The notes beneath the pieces were generated by a model, which searched no databases, was not told where the DNA came from, and saw nothing but the letters and a program-made list of their open reading frames with translations. Both the position numbers and the translations under genes were made by a program. A stretch of DNA of 51,324 bases from a virus: positions 1-51,324 of IMG/VR virus record IMGVR_UViG_3300027863_000005; one strand, written 5' to 3'. Each line of letters starts with the position of its first letter. Position 1 is the stretch's first letter. Positions 24,282 through 33,821 of this stretch are shown in pieces.

Positions 24282-27097
24282 GGCTGCCTCTGACGAATAC
24301 CAAATGGAGGTGTCAGAAGGAAACCACGTGGTGTCCTCAAAAATCCACGATAGTCACCCGTCACATCAACCCAGGTATCACCACCATCCAGGGTGGTGGA
24401 AAGCAGGCAGCCAGTGTAGTTGGCCCCATAGTCACCACTTACCGTTAGCACCGCCCATTCGTTTCTGTTAGCGGGATTACCATATACGTCAAAACAGGGA
24501 GGGCTGCTCTTACTTCCATTGGGCACGTTGGACTTTCTCGTAACTGCTCCGGAGCGATACTCAAAGCAAGCCAGGTTGCCCGAACTATCCATCACCACCG
24601 CCATGACATGACCTGCGTCATATGTCCAGTATTCAAGCCCCCGCCCGACAGTGGCGAAGCCATCAGGTATGCACTCTGTCCAGGTGGTACCACCATCAGT
24701 GCTAACAGCCAGCCTGTGCTCGTTCCCCCATGGCATCCCTGTCTTGTATAGCAACTGGCCGCCTGTTCCATACTGCCATGGCTTGCGAAACTTGCAAGTC
24801 GTGGCGATACCCTGGTCTGCACCGAATCTAACCCAGGTCGCCCCACGGTCCAGCGAGCGGTACAGGTACGACGGGGAAGCAAATATGCCGGTGCCAAACA
24901 TGCCCAGCAGTTCATCAGTGCCTGCCGTATTTTCCAGCCACCAGCATTTCCTCGTATACACCGTCATTCGCCACCACGAGTCAGAGTAAAACTGCCAGTT
25001 CGCTCCCCAGTCGTCGCTGAAACAATACGTAACGAAAGTGTGATAAGTTGCAGGGTTAGCAAATTGTGCCATTATCCCCACATAGTTGGGCCGATTGACC
25101 AGTGTCATCAGCGCGTAGACGGTTGTTTGGTTTGGGTCCAGCGGTTCACCAATGTAGGCGCTGGCCAGGCTGTGAAGCCTGGACTTGCTTACTAATTGCC
25201 GCCAGTCACCAGGGCCGACAACATCAGCATTGCAGTTCGGAAGATACCAGACCTCCCCATCTTCAGTCGCTACAACTAACGAAACGGTTCCGGCCCGCTC
25301 CACATACCTGAAGGCTACAAATGGTTTGCCCCCAGGATTGACGTCGCCCAAGGCCAGTACCTGCTGCCATTGGGGACTGAACGTGTAGTAACTGGTGCTG
25401 CGGAAAACGTACCCTGCGTCCAGCAACCAGGCCAGGCCCTCACCGGTATGGTACGGTGGAAGGCCAGGCTCTGGAGGCGCTGGCCAGTCAGGTGGGGTCA
25501 CCGGGGGAGGGGACGGAATGATGATTGTCTCGCCCTCCCGCGCGGGCCGTTCTTGCTTTATCGTTGCTTCAACCACAAAGGTCTGCCCTTCTGGCCTGGC
25601 CGAGAGCCGCTGGGGAGACCCGTCAATGGCCACGCCACCGACACGCCAGATGTGCGTGACCGGGGGCAGTTCGTGCAAGTCCTCTGCAACAGAAACACTA
25701 AACTCGGGGGCCGTCTTAAATGCCGCCAGCAGACCAGTAACCCTGTTCAGGTCTGCCTGGTCTTGCACAATGAGACCCTCAATCTCCTCCTTGCCTGCCC
25801 AAATGTCCGGTGTGGTACCGGGGTAACGGGAAAGGTAAGGGGTCTCCCCGGCAAAACCGCCCGCACGCAATTCGCCAATGGGAGACGGAATCTTCTCCCG
25901 TATCTCTGTCGGGGTAATTGCCTGGCGGCTAATTCCAGACCGGTCCCACATCAACAGAGGCTCTTCGCATACTATGGCTGATACAGAAAACTGGACAAGG
26001 TTGGAAAGAGCATCTTTCAGCAAGTCGTTGGCCTGACTCAGCACCGACCCCTCGCTGAAAGATTGCGCCTTTATACCAAGATTGGCGCGAGAGGATTGGT
26101 AATAAACCGGCGTCACCCAGTTGAAAGTACTATGGAATTCCAGGAGAAGATGAAGCGCCCTTGCGGCAGTAAGAGAGGGCACTTTGTACCAACTGTCTCG
26201 CGCCCCAGATTCAAGGACAAAAGCATGGGACACCAATTTGTCCAGGAGCGCAACAGAGGAAAGGAGCGTCAGGTCAGACCGCCACTCCCCCGCCCGAATA
26301 CTGTCTTCTTCAGACATAACCCAGACGAGGAATTCGCGGCTACCATACCGGATGAACGCAGGCGCCAATGGGCGAGTTTCCATTAGCGGGGTAGATAGCC
26401 GGACAGTAGTGCCACTATCCACTGTCCAACTGATTTCATCAATGATAACACCAGGCGTGCTCGGCAGGTCAATCAGTACCGGCAGCGCCATCCTCCCGGT
26501 CTGGCCGTTGCTGTCGGTTGCGGTGGCCAGCACTATCTTGTACCCAGGTGTAGAGAATGTCACCACAAAGTTTGGCAGAGTCAACACCACCACACCATCT
26601 GGGAGTGCATTAACACTGATGCTGGTGATGGTCGCACCGGCTTCCATCGGTATTGCAGTCACTGTCCCTGTCACCGGGTTTCCAACAGAGCCAAACATAG
26701 AGCAAGCGATGTTAACTTTAGGTGGCAACGGGACGGGTGTGAGGTCGGTATCCTTCCAGACGGTGGGAGTACCAGAGACATCGGCGACCCGTTGAAGCCT
26801 GGGCAATGGCGCGAACGTTCTTGGACACCAGATGTACATGCTGGTGTTCCACTCAATCTCGTTTTCGGAAACAGAAAGGGTGGTACCACTCGCGCCACGA
26901 ATCCGCACCAGTCCGACATCCCAACTTCGCGGCACGGTGCCAACATAAGCCAGTTCGCCGACCAGTGGAAGTGTTCCAACAGCGTCGGCCACGTTGATGG
27001 ACATCAGCGACCGACCTGTTGAGTTCACCCTGGCAATAAAGTCCCAGTCCACCGGTGGTTGAATAACTACCGCAGTTGCCTGCAATGACCTCTTCAT
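24278..27097 (-). CDS. Large tail-tip protein with C-terminal BNR/Asp-box repeat (sialidase-like propeller) region
   Basis: 939 aa downstream of the tape measure. Asp-box SxDxGxTW-like motifs: SDDWGANW, SLDRGATW, STDGGTTW, TLDGGDTW. Confidence 0.7.
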   Translation of the reverse strand: MKRSLQATAVVIQPPVDWDFIARVNSTGRSLMSINVADAVGTLPLVGELAYVGTVPRSWDVGLVRIRGASGTTLSVSENEIEWNTSMYIWCPRTFAPLPRLQRVADVSGTPTVWKDTDLTPVPLPPKVNIACSMFGSVGNPVTGTVTAIPMEAGATITSISVNALPDGVVVLTLPNFVVTFSTPGYKIVLATATDSNGQTGRMALPVLIDLPSTPGVIIDEISWTVDSGTTVRLSTPLMETRPLAPAFIRYGSREFLVWVMSEEDSIRAGEWRSDLTLLSSVALLDKLVSHAFVLESGARDSWYKVPSLTAARALHLLLEFHSTFNWVTPVYYQSSRANLGIKAQSFSEGSVLSQANDLLKDALSNLVQFSVSAIVCEEPLLMWDRSGISRQAITPTEIREKIPSPIGELRAGGFAGETPYLSRYPGTTPDIWAGKEEIEGLIVQDQADLNRVTGLLAAFKTAPEFSVSVAEDLHELPPVTHIWRVGGVAIDGSPQRLSARPEGQTFVVEATIKQERPAREGETIIIPSPPPVTPPDWPAPPEPGLPPYHTGEGLAWLLDAGYVFRSTSYYTFSPQWQQVLALGDVNPGGKPFVAFRYVERAGTVSLVVATEDGEVWYLPNCNADVVGPGDWRQLVSKSRLHSLASAYIGEPLDPNQTTVYALMTLVNRPNYVGIMAQFANPATYHTFVTYCFSDDWGANWQFYSDSWWRMTVYTRKCWWLENTAGTDELLGMFGTGIFASPSYLYRSLDRGATWVRFGADQGIATTCKFRKPWQYGTGGQLLYKTGMPWGNEHRLAVSTDGGTTWTECIPDGFATVGRGLEYWTYDAGHVMAVVMDSSGNLACFEYRSGAVTRKSNVPNGSKSSPPCFDVYGNPANRNEWAVLTVSGDYGANYTGCLLSTTLDGGDTWVDVTGDYRGFLRTPRGFLLTPPFGIRQRQP

Positions 27098-27100
27098 GCT

Positions 27101-27427
27101 CTAAATGCTTACCAATGGATTCAGGTACTCAATAGTAATATCCACACCATCAGCCACGCCCAGCCGGACGCGCTTTTGCACCCGTGAGATGTAGCCTTGC
27201 ATGGTCGTCTCGCAACCGTCAGGCCCCGGGAGAGTGACGGTCACCAGTTCTGCCAGCAAGCGATAGAAGATGCCAAACAGGTCAAGTTCGGCAGGGAGAG
27301 AGAAAGAAAGTTCGCAAGACCAGCCGGAAGAAAGCACCGGCTCTCCCTCAATGGTGTAGCCGATTGCTTTCGGCGTTTCCCAAGATATAGTGTCAGGGTC
27401 GGGGATTGTAAATTCATTGATGACCAT
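27101..27427 (-). CDS. Small tail protein (distal tail region)
   Basis: 108 aa immediately after the tape measure stop; call is by position only. Confidence 0.5.
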   Translation of the reverse strand: MVINEFTIPDPDTISWETPKAIGYTIEGEPVLSSGWSCELSFSLPAELDLFGIFYRLLAELVTVTLPGPDGCETTMQGYISRVQKRVRLGVADGVDITIEYLNPLVSI

Positions 27428-27428
27428 G

Positions 27429-30400
27429 CTACCAACCCCTCACTTTATGAAACCCGGAGCGAAACAGCCGCTCCAGACTTTCTGACACAGCCGCCTCAAT
27501 CTGGCCAGTCAGACCAGCGACCTCCGCACGCACAATGGCGCTGAGATTGTGAGTCATCGTTATCGGCAGCATGCCAACAGGATAACCACCCTCCCGCAAC
27601 GGCTGGGTGATAACCAACTCCGGGCCAGCCTCCCCAGCCACGAAATGGGTCGGCCCCGCGACAATGTCAATGCCGCCCTTCGCTCTCATGCGTGGCTGCC
27701 CACCGGATGGTGATGAGCCCGGAACGGTTACACCCGATGCCCCAGCCATTGACCGCAGTACGGAAAGCAAGGTAATCGTGTACGAAATGGCTCCGTTCAA
27801 CCAGTTCAAGTAGTTCTGCACAATAGTTTGCACGCCTGTCAGTACTGACGCCCCTCCAGAAGAAACCACCGTCCGCAGTTGGCCGAACTGATTGTAGATG
27901 AACCCAAAGTAATTTACGTGCAATGCTTTCAGGGCATTCACCATGTCAGTAGTGGTAACAATCTGGTCGCGGGCGTAAGCCGACATGATAACCGCCGCAG
28001 CACGACGGAACCTTTCTTCCTCGGTAAGAGTCTGGTCATTGGAAATTCTCTGCAACTCATACTCCAGCATCAAGTTGCGCATCAGGTCTTGCAACCGGCG
28101 CTGGGCCTCACGTTCCCGGTCTTCCCGCTCCCGCTGGTCACGGATAGCACGTTCCTCCCGCTCCAATTCCTCCCAGCTGCGAGTCTCTTCAAGTTCCTGC
28201 TGGTACCTTTCTCTCAACTGCGCGAGTTGTTCCTGGTACTGTTTCTGGGCATTCTCAATGGCGTCCTGGTACGCCCGGTAAGCATCAGCCCGCTGTTGCT
28301 CTGCGGCTTCTTGGGCTTCCTGGATTTCCCGGTCCCGCCGACGTGCGGCCCAAAATGCGGCCTCGGCGTCCCTATCCATTTCAGCGCGAAGCATCTCATC
28401 GTAATAGTCACGCCAGATGGAGCGGAGCCGGTCGGCCAGTTCTTCGTTAATATTCTCAAGTCTGCGCTGATAATCTCGCCACGCTTCCAGCATGCGGTCG
28501 GAATAGTCCTTTTGAAGTTTCGGCAGCGATTTTCTGTACTCCTCTTCGGCATCCTTGAGACGCTTCCGCCGTTCTCTTGCCAAATCTTCTTCCCACCGCT
28601 GCTGTTCAATCTGGAAATCTTCCTCCCACCTCATCCACTCAAGGAACATCTCGCCTGCCTGACGAAGCGCCCCGATGAGGTCAACGGTTACGCTGGACAT
28701 TTCGTTCAGTGACTCGGAAGTGCTATCTGAAATCACTCCGGTCGCTTTAAGGACATCTTGGAACTGCTGGAGTTTTGACCTTGCCTCATCTGTTATCTCA
28801 ACTTCAGTTCTTGTTGAATCAATGACACCGTCAAGGGCCCGCATTCTGCCAAGTTCGGAGATGGTAAGAAACGAAATAACCCTGTTGGCCCCCTCGCCGG
28901 TGAGGGTGAATTCTGCCATTTGGCCGGTGGCTTCCGCTAAAGATGTTACCCAGCCCATACTCGGTACACTTGTAGCACTCATAATAGTTACCAGTTCCTC
29001 CGGTGTTAGGCCTTTTAACGTTTCAATTGCTCGCGCGTTCGCTTCCGCCCACTCCTCAGCACTAACTTTTGTAAGGCCGATAGCATCACCCACCATAATG
29101 AAGGTACCGTAAAGTGCATACAACAGTTTTGAAATGTAACTTATACCGGGGGCTACAATCTTGCCTGCTATAGAAGAGAAACTTGTTCCCAAGTCCTTCC
29201 ATGCCTGCTCAAGGCTGTTCGTCTGGCGGGTCAGTTTGTCAGTATCGCCACCTATTGATTGAAGTACCGCTTCTCCGTAGTACAGGATTGCCCACGTTAT
29301 TAACAACGATTTCTGGTATTGCGTGAGTTGCTCAACGGACTTGGCTTGCCTCGCACCGGTTTCGTCCAGCATGCTCACAACGAGTTTGAGTTCATCAGAC
29401 CAAGCCGCTGACGCGTCGGCGGACTGTTTGTACATGTCCAGCAAGTCTGTCATATTGCCAGACACAACGCCGATAGTACGCGCCATCCTTATCTCGCCAC
29501 GAGCAATTGAGTCGGTTATCTTCTCAAGCGCTTCTGGTTGTGATTTGACCTCACCGGTCACAAGCGCAGTTGCGGTAGCAATTTGCATTAATTTCGGGAC
29601 TATGCCGAGCAATTTCGGCGGTAGGCCAATGGCAGCCAGTCGCCCAAGTTCAATTACCGCTTCCGCCTGGCTCATAGAACCGGCAGAGTATTTTTGCACT
29701 TCCAGCGCGAGTTCACGAATGTTCTGAACGCCGGCATCACGAAGGACAAGAATGGCGTTCGTGACGCGGTCAACAGTTCGTGCACCATTGATTGCGGAGT
29801 TCACAACGCTATTCAGCGCCTTCTTAAAGGTGTAGGCAAAGAACATGACCGTAAAAATCTCCCAGCGCAAGGTCGTTAGCGATTGCATGAACCCCCGCGC
29901 CGACTTTCTGGCCTTATCAAATGCACTTGCAATTTCCAACGTTTTCGCTGCCTGCTCTGGAGGAACTGGTGGAATGGTAGCACCAGGCGGTTGGCTGCCG
30001 GGCGGGGCACCGGCACCGGCGCCAGCAGCAGTCCGTTCAAGTTGCTCATTCAGCGAGGCAAGGTTACGCGCCGCTCCAAGAGCATTCTCGCCAGACTTGC
30101 GAGTTATCTTCCCGGCCTCTGTGTAGCCTGTGGCAATGGCCTGGACCGCCTGCTCTATCGTAAGCACCCCTCCCTGGACAGCCTTTGCTGCTGTATCCAG
30201 GATAGCCTTTGGCACACCCTCAACCCCCATAAACGCCAGTTGTTGGCGCAACATGTTCCGCAGTGACGTGATGTCCGTCCCTTTGATAGCCACAGCCGCC
30301 TGTTTCAGAGCGACTGTTAATGCGACAATCTGAGCCCTTCCTTTGAGACCGATTTGCTCAAGTGCCTGGATGGGTGTACCGGTAACTGCAGCATTCAGTT

Positions 30401-31673
30401 TGCGGAACGCTTCCGCTACCTGCTCGACAGATGCACTGGGAGCAAGACCAACGCCACGAAGCACCTCGCTCCACCGGCTCATACCAACCTGGATTCCGTG
30501 TGTGAGGTCTTCAATGGACAGTTCCCCAGCGGCAACCATGCCAGCGAACTGCTTGGCCATTCTTGTTGTGATGTTCGGAAAAATTGCCCTGATTGCGGAC
30601 GCTATTTGGTCAACCGTCGCGGCGGCAGAAGCAGCGACATGCGAACCAAGTCCGGCCATGCTCTCGCCAAGAACGGTCGCCGCACGGTCTATCGCCACTG
30701 ACGCAGCAATTGCCTGGGCCTGACCGGACAGGCCCAGGTCACTCAACAGTTCCGGCGTTGCGGCGAGAGCCTGGGCAAAAAGACTGACTGCGGTTTCGGT
30801 GTCTTTCGCGGCCAACAGCGGGTCAATGCCGGCCCGCCCAAGAATGTCCTGCCACTGCCGGATGCCAACAGAGACACCCATGAGCACATCGCCCAGCGCA
30901 GCCTGGCCAGACTGAACCATATTCGCCAGTTCACGGGTTATCGCCAGGCCAAGTTCCGGGTACTGCTCTCCAAGCAACGCTACAACGGCCTGTGCGTCCA
31001 CGCCAGCCGCACTGACCGCTTCCCCAGCGGCTCTCTCTGCCGCCGCCAGTTCGGCACCAGAACGGGCAATATCAGCAGACGCAACCGCTGCGGCCTCTTC
31101 GGTTCTCTGCGCTACTGTTGCGTAAGCGCTGGCGACGGTCTCCGATAGCGCCGCCTGTCTACGCTGTAACTCAGCAACCCCCTCCTCCAGCGTGGGAATT
31201 GAGAGGGTCGCTGCGTTTCCGGCCTGACGAATGGTCTGGGAGACAGAATGGGCAGCCTGAGAAATGTTCTTGCCAGACTCTAATAGCGCCTCCGACAAAG
31301 CCGGCGACCAGGACATGTAATGCGCGGCCAGCACAGCCCGGCTCATCCCAGCAATGAAACGAGGGGCGGCCTGCAGTGGCAAAACCCGGAATGCCCCGGC
31401 TACCGCCTGGCCTAACTCTTTTTCCGAAAGAGCCCCAACAGCGGAAGCCGCTCGCTGAACAAAAACGGGCTGGACGCCCGGAGGTTCTACGAGGCTGCGT
31501 CTCCTGGCCAGTTCGCCAAGTCCCTCCAACCTGCCGCGAAACTTTACCTCCGCCGGTATCTCCACCCTCAACCGGCGAAAGTAATTTCTGGCATTCCGAA
31601 CGGTCTTGTCAAGAGACGACGGGTCAAGCCTGGTGTTAACGAGAATGTGAACGCGTGCCAGGATTTCTTCCAA
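27429..31673 (-). CDS. Tail tape measure protein
   Basis: 1414 aa, Ala/helix-rich, with a long E/R-rich coiled-coil segment. Sits after the chaperone pair. TTG start at 31673 behind GGGAGGCGGAGA. Confidence 0.85.
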   Translation of the reverse strand: MEEILARVHILVNTRLDPSSLDKTVRNARNYFRRLRVEIPAEVKFRGRLEGLGELARRRSLVEPPGVQPVFVQRAASAVGALSEKELGQAVAGAFRVLPLQAAPRFIAGMSRAVLAAHYMSWSPALSEALLESGKNISQAAHSVSQTIRQAGNAATLSIPTLEEGVAELQRRQAALSETVASAYATVAQRTEEAAAVASADIARSGAELAAAERAAGEAVSAAGVDAQAVVALLGEQYPELGLAITRELANMVQSGQAALGDVLMGVSVGIRQWQDILGRAGIDPLLAAKDTETAVSLFAQALAATPELLSDLGLSGQAQAIAASVAIDRAATVLGESMAGLGSHVAASAAATVDQIASAIRAIFPNITTRMAKQFAGMVAAGELSIEDLTHGIQVGMSRWSEVLRGVGLAPSASVEQVAEAFRKLNAAVTGTPIQALEQIGLKGRAQIVALTVALKQAAVAIKGTDITSLRNMLRQQLAFMGVEGVPKAILDTAAKAVQGGVLTIEQAVQAIATGYTEAGKITRKSGENALGAARNLASLNEQLERTAAGAGAGAPPGSQPPGATIPPVPPEQAAKTLEIASAFDKARKSARGFMQSLTTLRWEIFTVMFFAYTFKKALNSVVNSAINGARTVDRVTNAILVLRDAGVQNIRELALEVQKYSAGSMSQAEAVIELGRLAAIGLPPKLLGIVPKLMQIATATALVTGEVKSQPEALEKITDSIARGEIRMARTIGVVSGNMTDLLDMYKQSADASAAWSDELKLVVSMLDETGARQAKSVEQLTQYQKSLLITWAILYYGEAVLQSIGGDTDKLTRQTNSLEQAWKDLGTSFSSIAGKIVAPGISYISKLLYALYGTFIMVGDAIGLTKVSAEEWAEANARAIETLKGLTPEELVTIMSATSVPSMGWVTSLAEATGQMAEFTLTGEGANRVISFLTISELGRMRALDGVIDSTRTEVEITDEARSKLQQFQDVLKATGVISDSTSESLNEMSSVTVDLIGALRQAGEMFLEWMRWEEDFQIEQQRWEEDLARERRKRLKDAEEEYRKSLPKLQKDYSDRMLEAWRDYQRRLENINEELADRLRSIWRDYYDEMLRAEMDRDAEAAFWAARRRDREIQEAQEAAEQQRADAYRAYQDAIENAQKQYQEQLAQLRERYQQELEETRSWEELEREERAIRDQREREDREREAQRRLQDLMRNLMLEYELQRISNDQTLTEEERFRRAAAVIMSAYARDQIVTTTDMVNALKALHVNYFGFIYNQFGQLRTVVSSGGASVLTGVQTIVQNYLNWLNGAISYTITLLSVLRSMAGASGVTVPGSSPSGGQPRMRAKGGIDIVAGPTHFVAGEAGPELVITQPLREGGYPVGMLPITMTHNLSAIVRAEVAGLTGQIEAAVSESLERLFRSGFHKVRGW

Positions 31674-31866
31674 TCTCCGCCTCCCGTTTTTCTATCATGA
31701 GTGCTTCAATATCGCGAGTGATTTCCGTGACGGCTATCATCATGGCCCGTGCATCCACTGGAATCGCAAACCATTTATCAAGCGGTATTCCCCAGTCACG
31801 CGCGGCAACAGCCTCCCAGAATAGCGGGTGAGCAGTGACCCTCTCCGATTTTCTGACTGGCCTACT
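31636..31866 (-). CDS. Candidate frameshift extension of the tail assembly chaperone (gpT-like); no start codon of its own
   Basis: 76 sense codons open from the A5 run at the chaperone stop to TAA 31638-31636, overlapping the tape-measure start. Frame is +1/-2 relative to 31862..32386. Translation: ...HPLFWEAVAARDWGIPLDKWFAIPVDARAMMIAVTEITRDIEALMIEKREAE. Confidence 0.45.
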   Translation of the reverse strand, partial: SRPVRKSERVTAHPLFWEAVAARDWGIPLDKWFAIPVDARAMMIAVTEITRDIEALMIEKREAEIGRNPGTRSHSR

Positions 31867-32386
31867 TTTTAGAGGCTTTCCTCCGAGTTGGACTGCGAAA
31901 AAGCCGCCCGGCTTCTTCCACTTCCTCCTGTGTCACGGTGTTTAGCGCCGCCTGAACTACCTGCGAAATATCATCGGGCGATAGCAAGACCTGGGTCAAG
32001 AGGTACTCCACCTTCCTGTAAAACGGCTCTGCCTCCGGGCATTCTCCTATCACGTAGCGAGGCATCAGCCGCTCGTACTCGCTGGGGCATGTCCAGTCAT
32101 CTGGCACCTCCGACTCCACGACGCCATTACGGCACCAGGATGTCACTGCCCCAAGCGCGAATACAAGCACCAGGGCCTCAAGGCGTTGTTCTGCCTCCTG
32201 GTACTCCTCTGTGTACCTGCGAAACGCTTCTGACCCAGGCCTGGCCGGTAGTGCCTCAGAGCCGCCAAGACCGGAAACGGTCTCCATTGGTGGTTGGGGG
32301 AATCTGGCAAGTCTGCGGAGTTGCAACTGGACATATCCGGGGATAGGGGTGACGTCAACCCACCCCCACTTGAAGTTGGTTCTCAT
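31862..32386 (-). CDS. Tail assembly chaperone (gpG-like)
   Basis: ATG 32386 after GTAGGAGGCCCACC. Acidic 174-aa protein between the tail tube and tape measure genes. Ends TCT AAA AAG TAG. Confidence 0.6.
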   Translation of the reverse strand: MRTNFKWGWVDVTPIPGYVQLQLRRLARFPQPPMETVSGLGGSEALPARPGSEAFRRYTEEYQEAEQRLEALVLVFALGAVTSWCRNGVVESEVPDDWTCPSEYERLMPRYVIGECPEAEPFYRKVEYLLTQVLLSPDDISQVVQAALNTVTQEEVEEAGRLFRSPTRRKASKK

Positions 32387-32474
32387 GGTGGGCCTCCTAC
32401 TGTGATAAGATAACCAGGAGCGGTGAGCCAGGGGCAATTCTTGCCCCTGGCTCTGCCCGCCTTGCCTGACTTTT

Positions 32475-33800
32475 TTAGCAAATGCGCTCAACAGGCTCAA
32501 TTACATAAATGGCATCGGTACCGGTAACCACCCAGGCAGGACCGCTTGTCGCGACCACGCGCTCGCCGGGGTTGTCTGACAGGGTGTACCATGTCATGCC
32601 ACCGTCCTCAGTGACGTAGACTCCGTCGCCAACAGCGACACCGAACACGCCGTCGCCAGAGAACTGCATAGATGTGATTCCGGAGCCGACAACGCCAATC
32701 TCATCCACGTCAAGACCTGGGGCCCAGGCATAAGCAGTAGTGGCACTCATTGCCACCAGTCGCTTGGCCCAGTTCATGGACGCGGTCACGAAGTTCTGGG
32801 TACCAAGCGTGATGGAGGTGAACTGAGCGCCACTCCCATAAATGACCAGACCATTGTTTCCAACCCCGTAAACAATGCGGCCGTCGGTAGTCAGGTCATT
32901 CAGGCTTGCATAGGAGCCAACAAGTTCCCAGGCCAGGCCTCCGTTCACGCTTCTGTGAATCGTACCGTCCGACGCCCCTGCGTACAAGGTACCATCATTT
33001 GTCCGGACGATACCTCTCACGCTGGCGCCGTTGGCAGTAGAAAGGCTCGTCTTTGAGAAAGTGCTGCCGTTGGTAGAACTTGCAACCACTGCCGGGGCCG
33101 TGGTGCCCCCAGTCCCTCCGACCAGATACCTGCGGCCAATCCTGGTGACAAACGTTGGCTGGAAGTCCAGCGCTGTCGTGTTCCAGGACTGCCCACCATT
33201 CGTTGAGTACCGGAACGAGTGGTCAGTGCCATCGGAGACAATGGTGTACAACCTGGACAAGTAACCAACGGAGGGAGCGCAGGCAGAGCCACATGACTCC
33301 GGCTCGGCGCCAGCCATGACGACATCGGCAAGAGCAGCAATCTGGCGCTCAGCAGGAGGGCCCCAAAGAACATGCCCGGTGAATGCGAACGCGATGTTGG
33401 CCTCAACCACGTTGGTACTCGGCTCAAGCGAGGTAGGGGCCGTAATCGTCTTGTCGCCAACCTCGCCTCCCGTCAGAATGATTGCAGACGAGTAGTTTTC
33501 CGGGTTGGCGCGTTCGCCAGTCATTGAGAAGTTGACCCGGAGCGCGACAGGGCCGCAAGTCATCCGAAGCAACTGGTCACGGGTGGTTTCCAGACGCAAA
33601 TGAAGAGTGGTAGTCACATTGCCGGGAGCCCCGCGAATAACCCGCTGAGGCACCCAAGACCCGTAATCGGGGCCGGGCCCAAAAACTGTGGTGAAGTCCC
33701 CGGCTGGCAGGGTAATGTCGTCCGCACCAACGCAGACGAACTGCCAGGAGGACCCGGGGACTGCAAGAAAGACACTGGCTTCTGATTGAGTGAGCGGCAT
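32475..33800 (-). CDS. Putative major tail (tube) protein fused to a BNR/Asp-box repeat domain
   Basis: Sits immediately upstream of the chaperone and tape measure. RBS AGAGGTG. C-terminal two thirds carry STNGGQSW, SVNGGLAW, TEDGGMTW and SSTNGSTF. Confidence 0.5.
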   Translation of the reverse strand: MPLTQSEASVFLAVPGSSWQFVCVGADDITLPAGDFTTVFGPGPDYGSWVPQRVIRGAPGNVTTTLHLRLETTRDQLLRMTCGPVALRVNFSMTGERANPENYSSAIILTGGEVGDKTITAPTSLEPSTNVVEANIAFAFTGHVLWGPPAERQIAALADVVMAGAEPESCGSACAPSVGYLSRLYTIVSDGTDHSFRYSTNGGQSWNTTALDFQPTFVTRIGRRYLVGGTGGTTAPAVVASSTNGSTFSKTSLSTANGASVRGIVRTNDGTLYAGASDGTIHRSVNGGLAWELVGSYASLNDLTTDGRIVYGVGNNGLVIYGSGAQFTSITLGTQNFVTASMNWAKRLVAMSATTAYAWAPGLDVDEIGVVGSGITSMQFSGDGVFGVAVGDGVYVTEDGGMTWYTLSDNPGERVVATSGPAWVVTGTDAIYVIEPVERIC

Positions 33801-33821
33801 TTTTACACCTCTTCTGCAGAT

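Noticed and set aside
27879-28712. 277-aa plus-strand ORF antisense to the tape measure gene. Similar long antisense ORFs occur at 35462-36124, 37703-38389, 39401-40093 and 40901-41518.
   Set aside because: Each lies entirely inside a longer minus-strand gene with recognisable motifs or position. They have no SD in front, and their Leu/Pro/Arg/Ser-rich composition is typical of antisense frames in GC-rich coding DNA.
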